Origin: Holophagales bacterium UBA2201
GTDB lineage: Bacteria > Acidobacteriota > Thermoanaerobaculia > UBA2201
Reading direction: 5' to 3'
DNA: 62,010 nt
NCBI GenBank assembly: GCA_002327305.1
Contig: DCUZ01000065.1
Span: forward strand, 1-62,010
Both the position numbers and the translations under genes were made by a program. Shown here piece by piece: positions 36,344-45,614 of the stretch. Below the pieces are notes generated by a model. It ran no database searches. It had not been told where the DNA came from and saw only the letters and a program-made list of their open reading frames with translations. The first letter of the stretch is position 1. Each line of letters begins with the position of its first letter.

Positions 36344-38188
36344 GTGCTCAAAGCCGCCAACCTCGACAAGGCCTACGGAAGCCAGGTCCTCTTCCGGGAG
36401 GTCAGTTTCAACGTCAACCGCCGCGAGCGGATCGGCCTCGTCGGGCGCAACGGCCACGGGAAGACCACCCTCTTCCGCCTCATCCTGGGGCTGGAGGAGC
36501 CCGACGCGGGGACGGTGACCGTCCCGAAGCATTACACCCTGGGCCATGTGGAGCAGGAGGTGAACTTTTCCCGCCCCACGGTGCGGCAGGAGGCATGCGT
36601 GGCCCTCAAGGGGGGGGCCGAGGGCGAGGCGTGGCGCGCCGAGAAGATCCTCCTGGGGCTGGGGTTTTCCACGGCGGACCTGGACCGCGACCCGCGCGAA
36701 CTGTCGGGGGGGTACCAGGTGCGCCTGAACCTGGCCAAAGTCCTGGCGGCGGAGCCCGACTGCCTCCTCCTCGACGAGCCCACCAACTACCTCGACATCG
36801 TCTCCATCCGCTGGCTCTCCCGCTTTCTGCGCGAGTGGAAGGGGGAACTGCTCCTCATCACCCATGACCGCTCCTTCATGGACGGGGTGACCACCCACAC
36901 GCTGGCCATCCACCGGCGCAAGGTGCGCAAGTTCACCGGGGGGACCGCCAAGGCGTACGAGCAGATCGCCCAGGAGGAGGAGACCCACGAGAAGACGCGC
37001 CTGAACGACGAGAAAAAGCGGAAACAGGAGGAACTCTACATCCGCCGCTTCCGGGCCAAGGCCCGCCTGGCCGGGCTGGTGCAGTCGCGCATCAAAATGC
37101 TGGCGCGCCGGGATAAACTTGAAAAACTGGAATCGCTGGAGGACCTGGAGTTCGCCTTCAGCGCCGCGCCGTTCGAGGCCAAGCGGATGGGCGAGGTCAG
37201 GGACCTGGCCTTCAGTTACGACCGCCGCGCCCCGTGGCTCATCCCCGGCCTCTCCTTCGCCCTCGGCCCGCGCGAGCGCCTCTGCATCGTCGGGAAGAAC
37301 GGCCGGGGCAAATCCACCCTCCTCAAACTCCTGGCCGGCCGCCTCCGCCCCTCCGAGGGGAGCGTGGCCTACCACCCCTCCCTGCGCGTGGGGTACCTCG
37401 GCCAGACCCCCGAGCACGAGCTCCACCCCGAGCGGACGGTGGCCGAGGAGCTGATGGCCGCCGCCCCGGGATGCACCCTGGACCGGGCGCGCGACCTGGC
37501 CGGGGCGCTGATGTTCTCCGGGGACATGGCCCTGCGCAAGACCGCCCGCCTCTCCGGCGGGGAGAAGAGCCGCGTCCTGATGGGCAAGATCCTCCTGACC
37601 CCCTGTCACCTTCTTCTCCTCGACGAGCCGACCAACCACCTGGACATGGAATCGTGCGACGCCCTCCTGGCCGCCGTGGACGCCTTCGAGGGGTCGGTGA
37701 TCATGGTGACGCACAACGAGATGTTCCTCCACGCCCTGGCCACGCGCCTCATCGTCTTCGACCGCGGCCGGGCGTTCGAATACCACGGCACCTACCAGCG
37801 GTTCCTGGACGAGTTGGGGTGGGAGGGGGACGAGGGGCTCGACAGGTCGCCGGCCCCCCCCTCCCCCACGCCCCCCGGCGAGCGGCAGGAGGCCAAGCGG
37901 GCCCGGGCCCGTCTCCTGCAGGAGCGCTCCCGCGCCCTCCGCCCGCTGGAGGAGGAGGCGGCCCGCCTGGAGGCCGCCATCACCGCCCTGGAGGGGGAGC
38001 AGGCCGCCAACGACGAGGCGCTGGTGCGCGCCAGCACCGACGGGGACGCCCCGGCCATCGCCTCCCTCGCCAGGCGCCAGCGGGAAATCCCCCCCCTGCT
38101 CGACGGGCTCTACGGCCGCCTCGACACCGTCACCCGCGACCTGGAGGCGCGCGCCGCCGAATTCGCCCGGCGCCTCCAGGAGCCATAG
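36344..38188 (+). CDS. ABC-F family ATPase (two ABC domains, C-terminal coiled coil)
   Basis: GRNGHGKTT and GKNGRGKST Walker A motifs. LSGGYQ and LSGGEK signatures. GTG start after GAAGG. Confidence 0.9.
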   Translation: MLKAANLDKAYGSQVLFREVSFNVNRRERIGLVGRNGHGKTTLFRLILGLEEPDAGTVTVPKHYTLGHVEQEVNFSRPTVRQEACVALKGGAEGEAWRAEKILLGLGFSTADLDRDPRELSGGYQVRLNLAKVLAAEPDCLLLDEPTNYLDIVSIRWLSRFLREWKGELLLITHDRSFMDGVTTHTLAIHRRKVRKFTGGTAKAYEQIAQEEETHEKTRLNDEKKRKQEELYIRRFRAKARLAGLVQSRIKMLARRDKLEKLESLEDLEFAFSAAPFEAKRMGEVRDLAFSYDRRAPWLIPGLSFALGPRERLCIVGKNGRGKSTLLKLLAGRLRPSEGSVAYHPSLRVGYLGQTPEHELHPERTVAEELMAAAPGCTLDRARDLAGALMFSGDMALRKTARLSGGEKSRVLMGKILLTPCHLLLLDEPTNHLDMESCDALLAAVDAFEGSVIMVTHNEMFLHALATRLIVFDRGRAFEYHGTYQRFLDELGWEGDEGLDRSPAPPSPTPPGERQEAKRARARLLQERSRALRPLEEEAARLEAAITALEGEQAANDEALVRASTDGDAPAIASLARRQREIPPLLDGLYGRLDTVTRDLEARAAEFARRLQEP

Positions 38189-38280
38189 GGAGGGGCAATC
38201 CGGAACATGGGCCACGCGTCCCAGGCGGCGTGTCTCGAGTTTTTCGCCCCCCTTGTCCCCGCGCGCCAGTTGCCCGGCGC

Positions 38281-38315
38281 CTTCCGCTTGGCTTCTTCCT
38301 CCTTCCGCCTTCCTC
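38281..38315. repeat. Heptamer tandem array (cttccgc ttggctt cttcctc cttccgc cttcctc)
   Basis: Five 7-nt units just upstream of the ctp promoter. Confidence 0.65.
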
Positions 38316-38321
38316 CTGATT

Positions 38322-38330
38322 TGCTATAAT
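38322..38330 (+). promoter_or_regulatory. Extended -10 TGCTATAAT 6 nt upstream of ATG 38337 (leaderless candidate)
   Basis: TGn-TATAAT with no SD. Confidence 0.45.
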
Positions 38331-38336
38331 GTTTGG

Positions 38337-39875
38337 ATGCTTAAAGCTGTCTGCGCTTCACTGGCCCTCCTGGCCCTGATCGTGGGGGTGTGGTTCGCCC
38401 TCGGGGGGGACATCGCCCAGGCCCAGGAACACCACTCCTTCCGGCAGTACACCGAAATGCTGGAGAAGGTGCAGACCTGGTACCCCGGCGAGACGAAGGG
38501 GGACCGGCTGGTGTACGCCTCCATCGACGGGATGCTGGAGATGCTGGACCCCCACTCCAATTTCCTCGATCCCGAGGCCTACCGCTCGATGCGCCAGCGG
38601 CAGGCGGGCCGCTTTTCGGGCCTCGGTATCATCGTGGGGATCCGGGACGGGAAGGTGACGGTGATCTCCCCCATCGAGGGGACCCCCGCCCACCGCCTCG
38701 GGATCCGCGCGGGAGACATCATCACCGCCATTGACGGCGCCCCCACCGAGGGGAAGAACATCGACGACGTGGTGGACAAACTGCGCGGCCCCCAGGGGAG
38801 CAAGGTGGGCATCGCCGTCATGCGCCGGGGCCTGGAGGCCCCGCTGGCCTTCACCATCACCCGGGAGATGATCCCGGAGACCTCGGTCCGGTATTCCTTC
38901 ATGCTGGACGAGGGGACCGGGTACGTCCGGATCACCGATTTCAACCGCACCACGGCCCAGGAGCTGGAGGACGCCCTCAAGGGGCTGGAGGGGAAGGCGA
39001 TGAAGCGGCTCCTGCTCGACCTGCGCGACAACCCCGGCGGGGTGCTGGAACAGGCGGTGGAGGCCACCGACCTCTTCCTCAAGGCGGGGAGCATGGTGGT
39101 CTATACGCGGGGGCGGGACGCCTCCTCGTTCCAGGAGTACCGCACCCCCAGCAAGAGGGAGCGCCGCGACCTCCCCGTCATCGTGCTGGTGAACGGCGGC
39201 TCGGCCTCCGCCTCGGAGATCGTCGCCGGAGCCCTGCAGGACCACGAGCGGGCGGTGATCGTGGGCGAGACCACCTTCGGCAAGGGGTTGGTCCAGTCGG
39301 TGTACGAACTGGGGGGAAACTCGGCCCTGGCCTTGACCACCGCCCGATACCACACCCCCTCGGGCCGGTGCATCCAGCGCGACTACTCCAACCTGGCCGA
39401 CTACTACCGGGGGGCCAACGGCGCCGCGGCCGGCGGCGAGGAGTACAAGACCGACCGCGGCCGGACCGTGTTCGGGGGGGGCGGGATCACCCCCGACCAG
39501 GTGCTCAAGAGCCCGGAGGTACCGGTGCGCCAGTGGCGCCTCCAGCTCGCGGGGGCCTATTTCAATTTCGCCGTGGACTTCGCCGGCCGCCACCCCGACC
39601 TGGCCCGCGACTTCCAGCCCGACGACAAGGTGGTGGAGGCATTCTCCGCCCAGTGCGTCAAGGACGAACTGCTCACTCCCAAGGGGGCCGCGGAGATGCG
39701 GAAGGACGAGGCGGAAATGCGCGTCCTGCGCACCATCCTGCGCCGCGAGATCCTCTCCGCGCGCTTCGGGATGACCCAGGGATATCAGAGCATCATCAGG
39801 GACGATGAACAGGTCAATCAGGCCCTCGCCCATTTCGGCCAGGCGGCCGATCTGGCTGGCCTTTATTTTCAGTAG
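38337..39875 (+). CDS. S41 family C-terminal processing peptidase (PDZ domain)
   Basis: GLGI..., PDZ-like region, GGSASASEI and TFGKGLVQ motifs. TM/signal anchor at the N-terminus. Confidence 0.9.
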   Translation: MLKAVCASLALLALIVGVWFALGGDIAQAQEHHSFRQYTEMLEKVQTWYPGETKGDRLVYASIDGMLEMLDPHSNFLDPEAYRSMRQRQAGRFSGLGIIVGIRDGKVTVISPIEGTPAHRLGIRAGDIITAIDGAPTEGKNIDDVVDKLRGPQGSKVGIAVMRRGLEAPLAFTITREMIPETSVRYSFMLDEGTGYVRITDFNRTTAQELEDALKGLEGKAMKRLLLDLRDNPGGVLEQAVEATDLFLKAGSMVVYTRGRDASSFQEYRTPSKRERRDLPVIVLVNGGSASASEIVAGALQDHERAVIVGETTFGKGLVQSVYELGGNSALALTTARYHTPSGRCIQRDYSNLADYYRGANGAAAGGEEYKTDRGRTVFGGGGITPDQVLKSPEVPVRQWRLQLAGAYFNFAVDFAGRHPDLARDFQPDDKVVEAFSAQCVKDELLTPKGAAEMRKDEAEMRVLRTILRREILSARFGMTQGYQSIIRDDEQVNQALAHFGQAADLAGLYFQ

Positions 39876-41511
39876 CGGCCTGGCCGCGGCCCTCCCCTCC
39901 CTCGAAATCCGCCCTCCCATCGAACCGGTCACGGCGATTTCCTCGTCGTTCGGGGAGTACCGCACCAACCACCTGCACGCCGGCATGGACTTTTCCACGG
40001 GCGGCCGGAACGGCCTTCCCGTCCTCGCCGTGGCCGACGGGGAGGTGCGGATGGTCAAGGTCACCCATCGCGGCTACGGCAAGGCCCTCTATCTCACCCA
40101 CGCGGAGGGGTACATCTCGGTGTACGCCCATCTGCAGCGCTTCAACGACGCCGTCGAGCGTTCCATCGCCCCGGCGCTGGCCGGCTCGCCCTACCCGGGC
40201 ACGGTGGATCTCCAGCCGCCGGTGAAAGTGAAGTCCGGCGAGGTGGTGGCCTACGCGGGGGAGACCGGCGATGGGCTTCCCCACCTCCACTACGAGTTGC
40301 GCAAAAACAATGCTCCCGTCAACCCCGCCGCCTTTTTCAAGGACCCCACCCCCGGCAAGACCCTCCTTCGCCGCCTGGCCTTCATCCCCGCCGCCCCCGG
40401 CACGGCGGTGAACGGGCGACACGACCGGGTGGTGGTCCAACTCCCCCGGCGCGAGCCGGTCACCGTGACCGGGCCCTTTACCCTGACCCTGCAGGGCATG
40501 GATTTCTGGGAGGGGCGCCATCGGGGGCTCAGCGGCGTGGACCTCCTGCTGGACGGCGAGACGGTGGGACGCCTCTCCATGGACACCTTCGACTTCACCG
40601 AGTATCGGGGGGCCCGCTTTCTCTACGAAAAACGGGCCACGCGGTTCTCCCCCTCCTGGTTCTCCTACTGGCTCCTCCCCCAGCCCGGCAACGCCCTGCG
40701 GTTCCTGCAGGGCCCCTCCTCGCTCGACCCGCCCCCCGGGACCCACCGGCTGCAGATCCGGGCGCACGGCCTCTCCAGCTCCGCCTCCGAGACGGTGACG
40801 CTCATCGTCAAACCTCCGAAAGCCCCTCCCCCGCCGGCGGCGAGGATGGACTTCTTCCCCACCCACTTCCTCTTTCCCGGCCTGCCCCCGCAACCGTGGC
40901 CGGAGCAGTTCCAGTCGTTCACGACCGGCGGGACGACCGTCCACGCGGGGATGGCCCCGGCGGGGACCCCCATCATCCTCGGCCCCTACACCATCACCCA
41001 CGAGGAGGGCCGTCCCATCCCCCTGGCCCTGTATCTGGGGGGCGAAGCGCCGGACTCCCTCCCCTCCCTCGCCCCCGTCCTCCATATGGAGCCCAAGGAT
41101 CTGGGAATGACCGGCAAATTCAGGGTGCAGGTGACCCTCCCCAAAACCGCCGTTCCCCGGCAGGTGGGGTTCTACCGAATGGCCGGAACCCGCTGGCAGG
41201 GGGGCGGCTGGCAGGGAGACACCCTTTCCGAAATCCTTTTCGGCCCCGAGGACTTCGTCGTCCTGCGGGACGACCGCCCCCCCTCCATCGGCTCGGTCTC
41301 CCTGCGGGGTGGGGGCGTCCGGGTGGTCTGTTCCGACAAGGAGACGGGGATCCCGTGGAACGGCGTGCAGGCCCGGGTGGACGGGGTGGACCACTGGCTG
41401 GAATACGACCCCGACCACAATTCGGCCTGGGGGACCATCCCGGCGAAGGGGGGGGTCACGGTGCGGGTGACGGACAACGCGGGAAACGTCTCGACGCGGG
41501 TGGTCCGATAG
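39805..41511 (+). CDS. M23 family metallopeptidase with large C-terminal extension
   Basis: HLHAGMDFS and LPHLHYEL motifs. A signal peptide is encoded in the 71-nt overlap with the ctp 3' end. Confidence 0.8.
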   Translation: MNRSIRPSPISARRPIWLAFIFSSGLAAALPSLEIRPPIEPVTAISSSFGEYRTNHLHAGMDFSTGGRNGLPVLAVADGEVRMVKVTHRGYGKALYLTHAEGYISVYAHLQRFNDAVERSIAPALAGSPYPGTVDLQPPVKVKSGEVVAYAGETGDGLPHLHYELRKNNAPVNPAAFFKDPTPGKTLLRRLAFIPAAPGTAVNGRHDRVVVQLPRREPVTVTGPFTLTLQGMDFWEGRHRGLSGVDLLLDGETVGRLSMDTFDFTEYRGARFLYEKRATRFSPSWFSYWLLPQPGNALRFLQGPSSLDPPPGTHRLQIRAHGLSSSASETVTLIVKPPKAPPPPAARMDFFPTHFLFPGLPPQPWPEQFQSFTTGGTTVHAGMAPAGTPIILGPYTITHEEGRPIPLALYLGGEAPDSLPSLAPVLHMEPKDLGMTGKFRVQVTLPKTAVPRQVGFYRMAGTRWQGGGWQGDTLSEILFGPEDFVVLRDDRPPSIGSVSLRGGGVRVVCSDKETGIPWNGVQARVDGVDHWLEYDPDHNSAWGTIPAKGGVTVRVTDNAGNVSTRVVR

Positions 41512-41512
41512 A

Positions 41513-43726
41513 TCAGGCCTGCGCTCCCGCCGATTCCACCGAGAACAGCCCCTGTCGAATGACGCGCAGGCAGGCGTCCACCACGGCGGCATCGTAGTAG
41601 CGCCCCCGGAAATCCTGGATCTCCTGAAGGGCCTGGATCAGCCCCCGGGCGGCGCGGTAGGGACGGTGGGTGGCCATGGCCTCCACCACGTCCGCGACCA
41701 TCAGGATGCGGGCCTCCAGGAGGATGTCCTCCCCTTTCAACCCCCGCGGATACCCGGAGCCGTCGATCCGCTCGTGGTGCTGGAGGATCATCTCCGAGAT
41801 GGGCCACGGGAAGGGGACCGCCTTCAGCACCTCGGCCCCGAAATTGGGGTGGGTGCGGATCATGTCGATCTCGATGCGGGTGAGCTGGCCCGGCTTGGAG
41901 AGGATCTCGGCGGGAATGTAGATCTTGCCGATGTCGTGGATCATGGCGGCCATGTGGAGCCCCTGGACGCGGTCCGGCGGGAGGGCCATCTCCCGGGCGA
42001 TCAATTCCGCCAATTCGGCGACCCGGATCTGGTGCCCGGCGGTGTAGGGGTCCTTGGTCTCCACGATCTTGGCCATCGTGGTGATGGTGGTGGAAAGGGT
42101 CCTCCGGAGGGTGCCCACGCTCTCCTGGAGGGCGGCCTCGGCCCGGCGCCGCTCGGTGATGTCCTCCACCATGGAAAGGACCCCCAGGATGCGCCCGTCG
42201 GGCTCCCTCAGCGGCGTATTGGTCCACTGGCACAGGATGGTGCGCCCGTCGCGGGTGAGGTTCTCGTTGACGGAGTGGGCCGTGTCGTCGCCCTGCAGGA
42301 GGCGGCCCCAGATGCCGTCGATCTGCGGTTTCACCTCCCGCGGGATGATCCGGTCGTAGGGTTGGGTTCCGCGCACCTCCTCGAAAGCGAAGCCGAAGAT
42401 CCGCTCGGCGGCGGGGTTCCACGAAACCACCCGGAATTCGGCGTCCCACAGGATGCACCCGATGGGCATCCGGTCGAACTGGAGCTGGAGCCGCTCGGAG
42501 GTGCGGCGAAGCTCGTCCTCGGCCCGCTTCCGCTCGGTGATGTCCATCACCGTCCCCATGATGGCGGGGCGGCCGTTGAATTCGATGAAGCGGGAGAGGG
42601 CCTCGCAGTGGATGGCCGTTCCGTCCCTGCGCAGGCCCCGGAAGGTGTACCGCCCCACCTCCTCGCTCCGCGAAAGCCGCGCCCCCACCTTGCCGGCGAC
42701 CAGGTTCCGGTCCTCCGGATGGGTCAGGTCCACCGAGGACAGCCGGTCCTCGATCTCCCCGGCGGGGTAGCCGAACATCTCGGCGAAGGCGGGGTTGACG
42801 TAGCGGAACTTCCCGCCCTGGACCAGATAAACGCCCACGAGGGCCGCCTCCGTGACCTGACGGAACCGCTCCTCACTCTCGAGCAGGGCTCCGATGGCGT
42901 TCTTGTAGTCGGAAATGTCCTCGACGGTTCCCTCGTAGCCGACCACGCGCCCGTCGCCATCCCGCAGGGCCCGCGCGCTCTCCCGCACGTGGAGGACGGA
43001 TCCGTCCTTCTTCAGCCACTTGGCCTCGAAACCGCGCACCTCCCCCTCCTCCTCCAGACACTCACGGAAGGCGCGGCGCGGCGTGTCGGAATGATATCCC
43101 TCTTTTTCGATGTCCCGGTTCAGGAGCTCCTCGAGCGAGGAATAGCCCAGCATCCTCACCAGCGCCGGGTTGGCCATCAGCGGCCGCCCCTCCACCGAAC
43201 TGCGGAATACGCCCACCGGCGCGTCCTCGAAGAGGCGCCGGTATTCGGCCTCCCGCAGGCGGAGGGCCTCCTCGGCCCGCATCCGCTTGGTGATGTCGCG
43301 GACGATGCCGAACCATCCCGCCAGGCCTTTGGCGTCCCGCAGGGGACGGACGGTGAACTCCCCCGTGTGATGCTCCCCGTTACGGCACCGCACCCGCAGG
43401 ACGTGCAGATGGGACCCGCCCCGCAGGACTCCCGCGAGGAGGCGCCGCATGCGGGAAGCGTCGTCCGGATGGAGCAGGCCTGCGGCGGGCTTCCCGAGCC
43501 AGGCGTCCACCGTCCAGCCGGTGACGGCCTCGAAAGCCGGGTTGAGCGAGGTGATGGAGCCGTCGCGCGCGAGGGTGTAGATGACGTCCGGGGCCGTCTC
43601 GAGCAATTGGTGATAGTGCCCCAGCGCCTCGCGGAGCTGCTCCTCCCGCTGTTCGCGCTGGCGGAGCAGTTTTTCCAGCTCCAGGATCCGCTCGATGTCG
43701 GAGGGGCGGGGGGGCAACTGCGTCAT
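41513..43726 (-). CDS. Multi-PAS sensor HD-GYP phosphodiesterase
   Basis: About four PAS-like modules, then HDIGKIYIP and HHERIDGSGYPRGL. Confidence 0.85.
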   Translation of the reverse strand: MTQLPPRPSDIERILELEKLLRQREQREEQLREALGHYHQLLETAPDVIYTLARDGSITSLNPAFEAVTGWTVDAWLGKPAAGLLHPDDASRMRRLLAGVLRGGSHLHVLRVRCRNGEHHTGEFTVRPLRDAKGLAGWFGIVRDITKRMRAEEALRLREAEYRRLFEDAPVGVFRSSVEGRPLMANPALVRMLGYSSLEELLNRDIEKEGYHSDTPRRAFRECLEEEGEVRGFEAKWLKKDGSVLHVRESARALRDGDGRVVGYEGTVEDISDYKNAIGALLESEERFRQVTEAALVGVYLVQGGKFRYVNPAFAEMFGYPAGEIEDRLSSVDLTHPEDRNLVAGKVGARLSRSEEVGRYTFRGLRRDGTAIHCEALSRFIEFNGRPAIMGTVMDITERKRAEDELRRTSERLQLQFDRMPIGCILWDAEFRVVSWNPAAERIFGFAFEEVRGTQPYDRIIPREVKPQIDGIWGRLLQGDDTAHSVNENLTRDGRTILCQWTNTPLREPDGRILGVLSMVEDITERRRAEAALQESVGTLRRTLSTTITTMAKIVETKDPYTAGHQIRVAELAELIAREMALPPDRVQGLHMAAMIHDIGKIYIPAEILSKPGQLTRIEIDMIRTHPNFGAEVLKAVPFPWPISEMILQHHERIDGSGYPRGLKGEDILLEARILMVADVVEAMATHRPYRAARGLIQALQEIQDFRGRYYDAAVVDACLRVIRQGLFSVESAGAQA

Positions 43727-43730
43727 GACT

Positions 43731-44456
43731 TCAGGTCGTCCCGGGGCTCATATTCATCACGATCGCCTCATTATACCTTGTTTGAGGGAGCGAGGCCCTC
43801 AGCGCCATCGCCGGACCCGGTTCGTCGGTCAAGATGCCGGCGAGATCGCCCCGCCCGAGCGCCGCGCCCAGGTTCTCCACCCCGTTGACCGTCCACGCAT
43901 AGAGGTCCACCCCCGCGCATCTCCCGGGGGACGGAAGGATGGAATGGTGCATGAAGAGCGCCGCGTGCCCCTCGAACCGGCAAAAGGCCGCGAGGGCTTC
44001 CGCTTCGCCCGTATCCGCCACGAGTCCGGTGACGAATCGGGCATCGCGCCGCCGGACGCCCGCCAAAGCGCCCGGCAGGAACGAGGACACCACGAATCCC
44101 CCCGGAGGATGGCGCCGGATCAGGTCCAATACCGCCTCCTCCGCCCCTTCCACCTTGATCTCGATGTCGAGGAGGACCCGCCCGGCGCAGAGGCGCAGGA
44201 CCTCCTCCAGCAAAGGAACGGAAGGATCCAGGGCGGCAAGGTCCCCCCAATCCAGCCCGTCCACCGGAAACCCCGACACCTCGGGGTCATGGACGACCAC
44301 CGGCCGGCCGTCGCAGATGGTCCGCACGTCCAGTTCGATCATCTCCACCCCGAGGCCCATGGCCCGCCGGAAGGCGGCCAGGGAGTTGCGGGGCTCCGGG
44401 CCCCATGCCCCGCGGTGGGCGGCGATCAGAGGCCTGCAGGCCGTGGCAAGGTCCAT
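43731..44456 (-). CDS. Glycerophosphodiester phosphodiesterase family protein
   Basis: IAAHRGA...NSLAAF...IELDV motif. Lies 4 nt downstream of the HD-GYP start, so it sits upstream in the same operon. Confidence 0.8.
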   Translation of the reverse strand: MDLATACRPLIAAHRGAWGPEPRNSLAAFRRAMGLGVEMIELDVRTICDGRPVVVHDPEVSGFPVDGLDWGDLAALDPSVPLLEEVLRLCAGRVLLDIEIKVEGAEEAVLDLIRRHPPGGFVVSSFLPGALAGVRRRDARFVTGLVADTGEAEALAAFCRFEGHAALFMHHSILPSPGRCAGVDLYAWTVNGVENLGAALGRGDLAGILTDEPGPAMALRASLPQTRYNEAIVMNMSPGTT

Positions 44457-44497
44457 ATCCCTACTTCAACACATTCGCGCACCGAATGCAATCCCGC

Positions 44498-44503
44498 TAT
44501 AAT
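44498..44503 (+). promoter_or_regulatory. -10 box TATAAT 6 nt upstream of ATG 44510 (leaderless candidate)
   Basis: gcTATAATagcgttATG with no SD. Confidence 0.4.
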
Positions 44504-44509
44504 AGCGTT

Positions 44510-45520
44510 ATGACCTCTCCCCCATTTCCCGGTCGGGCCGACAACGGCACCGCCGTCCTGGACGATCCGGTCCTCGCCCATGCCCGAAGCGAATTCGTCA
44601 CCCTGCGCGAGGCTTGGACCGCCGCCCGCTCCGTGGAGGAGATCCGGGGCCGGGACCTGGGCGACGCCATCCTCTATTTCTATGTCGTGGATGACGACGG
44701 CCGGCTCAAGGGGGTCCTCCCCGCACGCCGCCTCCTGACCGCGCCCCCCGAGCGCCTCGTGGGCGAAATGATGATCGAACGGGTGGTGACCATCCCCGAG
44801 AACGCCTCGATGATGGAGGCGCTGGAATTCTTCATCCTCCACAAGTTCTACGCCTTTCCCGTCGTCTCGGAGGACCGCCGCCTCCTCGGCGTGGTGGATG
44901 TGGGGCTCTTCACCGAGGAGGCCTTCGACATTCTGGAGCGGGAGCGGATGGACGAGGTGTACGAATCCATCGGGTTCCGGTTTTCCCAGGTCCGGAGCGC
45001 CGGACCCTGGGGGGCCTTCCGCGTCCGGTTCCCCTGGCTGGTGGCCACCCTCGCCGGGGGAACCCTCTGCGCCCTGCTGACCAGCGCCTTCCAGGTGACC
45101 CTGGCGAAGAGCCTCATCCTGGCCTTTTTCCTCACCCTGGTCCTGGGGCTGGGGGAGAGCGTCACGACGCAGTCCATGACCATCACCTTTCAAGCCCTGA
45201 GGGCATCACGCCCCACCCTGCGCTGGTACCTGGGGGCCCTGCGGCGCGAGGTCCTCACCGGCGCGTTCCTGGGAACGGCATCGGCCCTGGCGATCGCGGC
45301 CATCGTGGCGGGGTTCTTCGGGACGGGGATGCCCGCGATCGTCATCGGATTGAGCGTTCTGGCGGCCATGACGGCCGCCTGCCTTTTGGGGCTCACCATC
45401 CCCACCGTTCTGCACGCCCTGGGGCAGGATGTCCGCATCGCGGCCGGCCCCCTCTCGCTGGCGCTGGCCGATCTGTGCACCTTGCTGATCTATTTCTCTA
45501 CGGCCGCGTGGCTGCTGTAA
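44510..45520 (+). CDS. mgtE: CBS-domain MgtE-like divalent cation transporter (short form)
   Basis: CBS pair (VVTIPENASMMEALEFF...FPVV) followed by 5 TM helices. Shorter than canonical MgtE. Confidence 0.65.
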   Translation: MTSPPFPGRADNGTAVLDDPVLAHARSEFVTLREAWTAARSVEEIRGRDLGDAILYFYVVDDDGRLKGVLPARRLLTAPPERLVGEMMIERVVTIPENASMMEALEFFILHKFYAFPVVSEDRRLLGVVDVGLFTEEAFDILERERMDEVYESIGFRFSQVRSAGPWGAFRVRFPWLVATLAGGTLCALLTSAFQVTLAKSLILAFFLTLVLGLGESVTTQSMTITFQALRASRPTLRWYLGALRREVLTGAFLGTASALAIAAIVAGFFGTGMPAIVIGLSVLAAMTAACLLGLTIPTVLHALGQDVRIAAGPLSLALADLCTLLIYFSTAAWLL

Positions 45521-45614
45521 CGGAGGATTCCATGTGGCACAGCCCCCCTCGGCTGTGCATGCATTGACCCGGGCGGGGCGCCTGGGCCACATGCAACGGA
45601 ATGATTCAATCCAT

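Noticed and set aside
45537-45558. 8-bp hairpin GCACAGCC/GGCTGTGC between the convergent mgtE-like and aminotransferase genes, as an intrinsic terminator
   Set aside because: There is no U/T tract on either strand. It may still be a structural element, but it does not meet intrinsic-terminator criteria.
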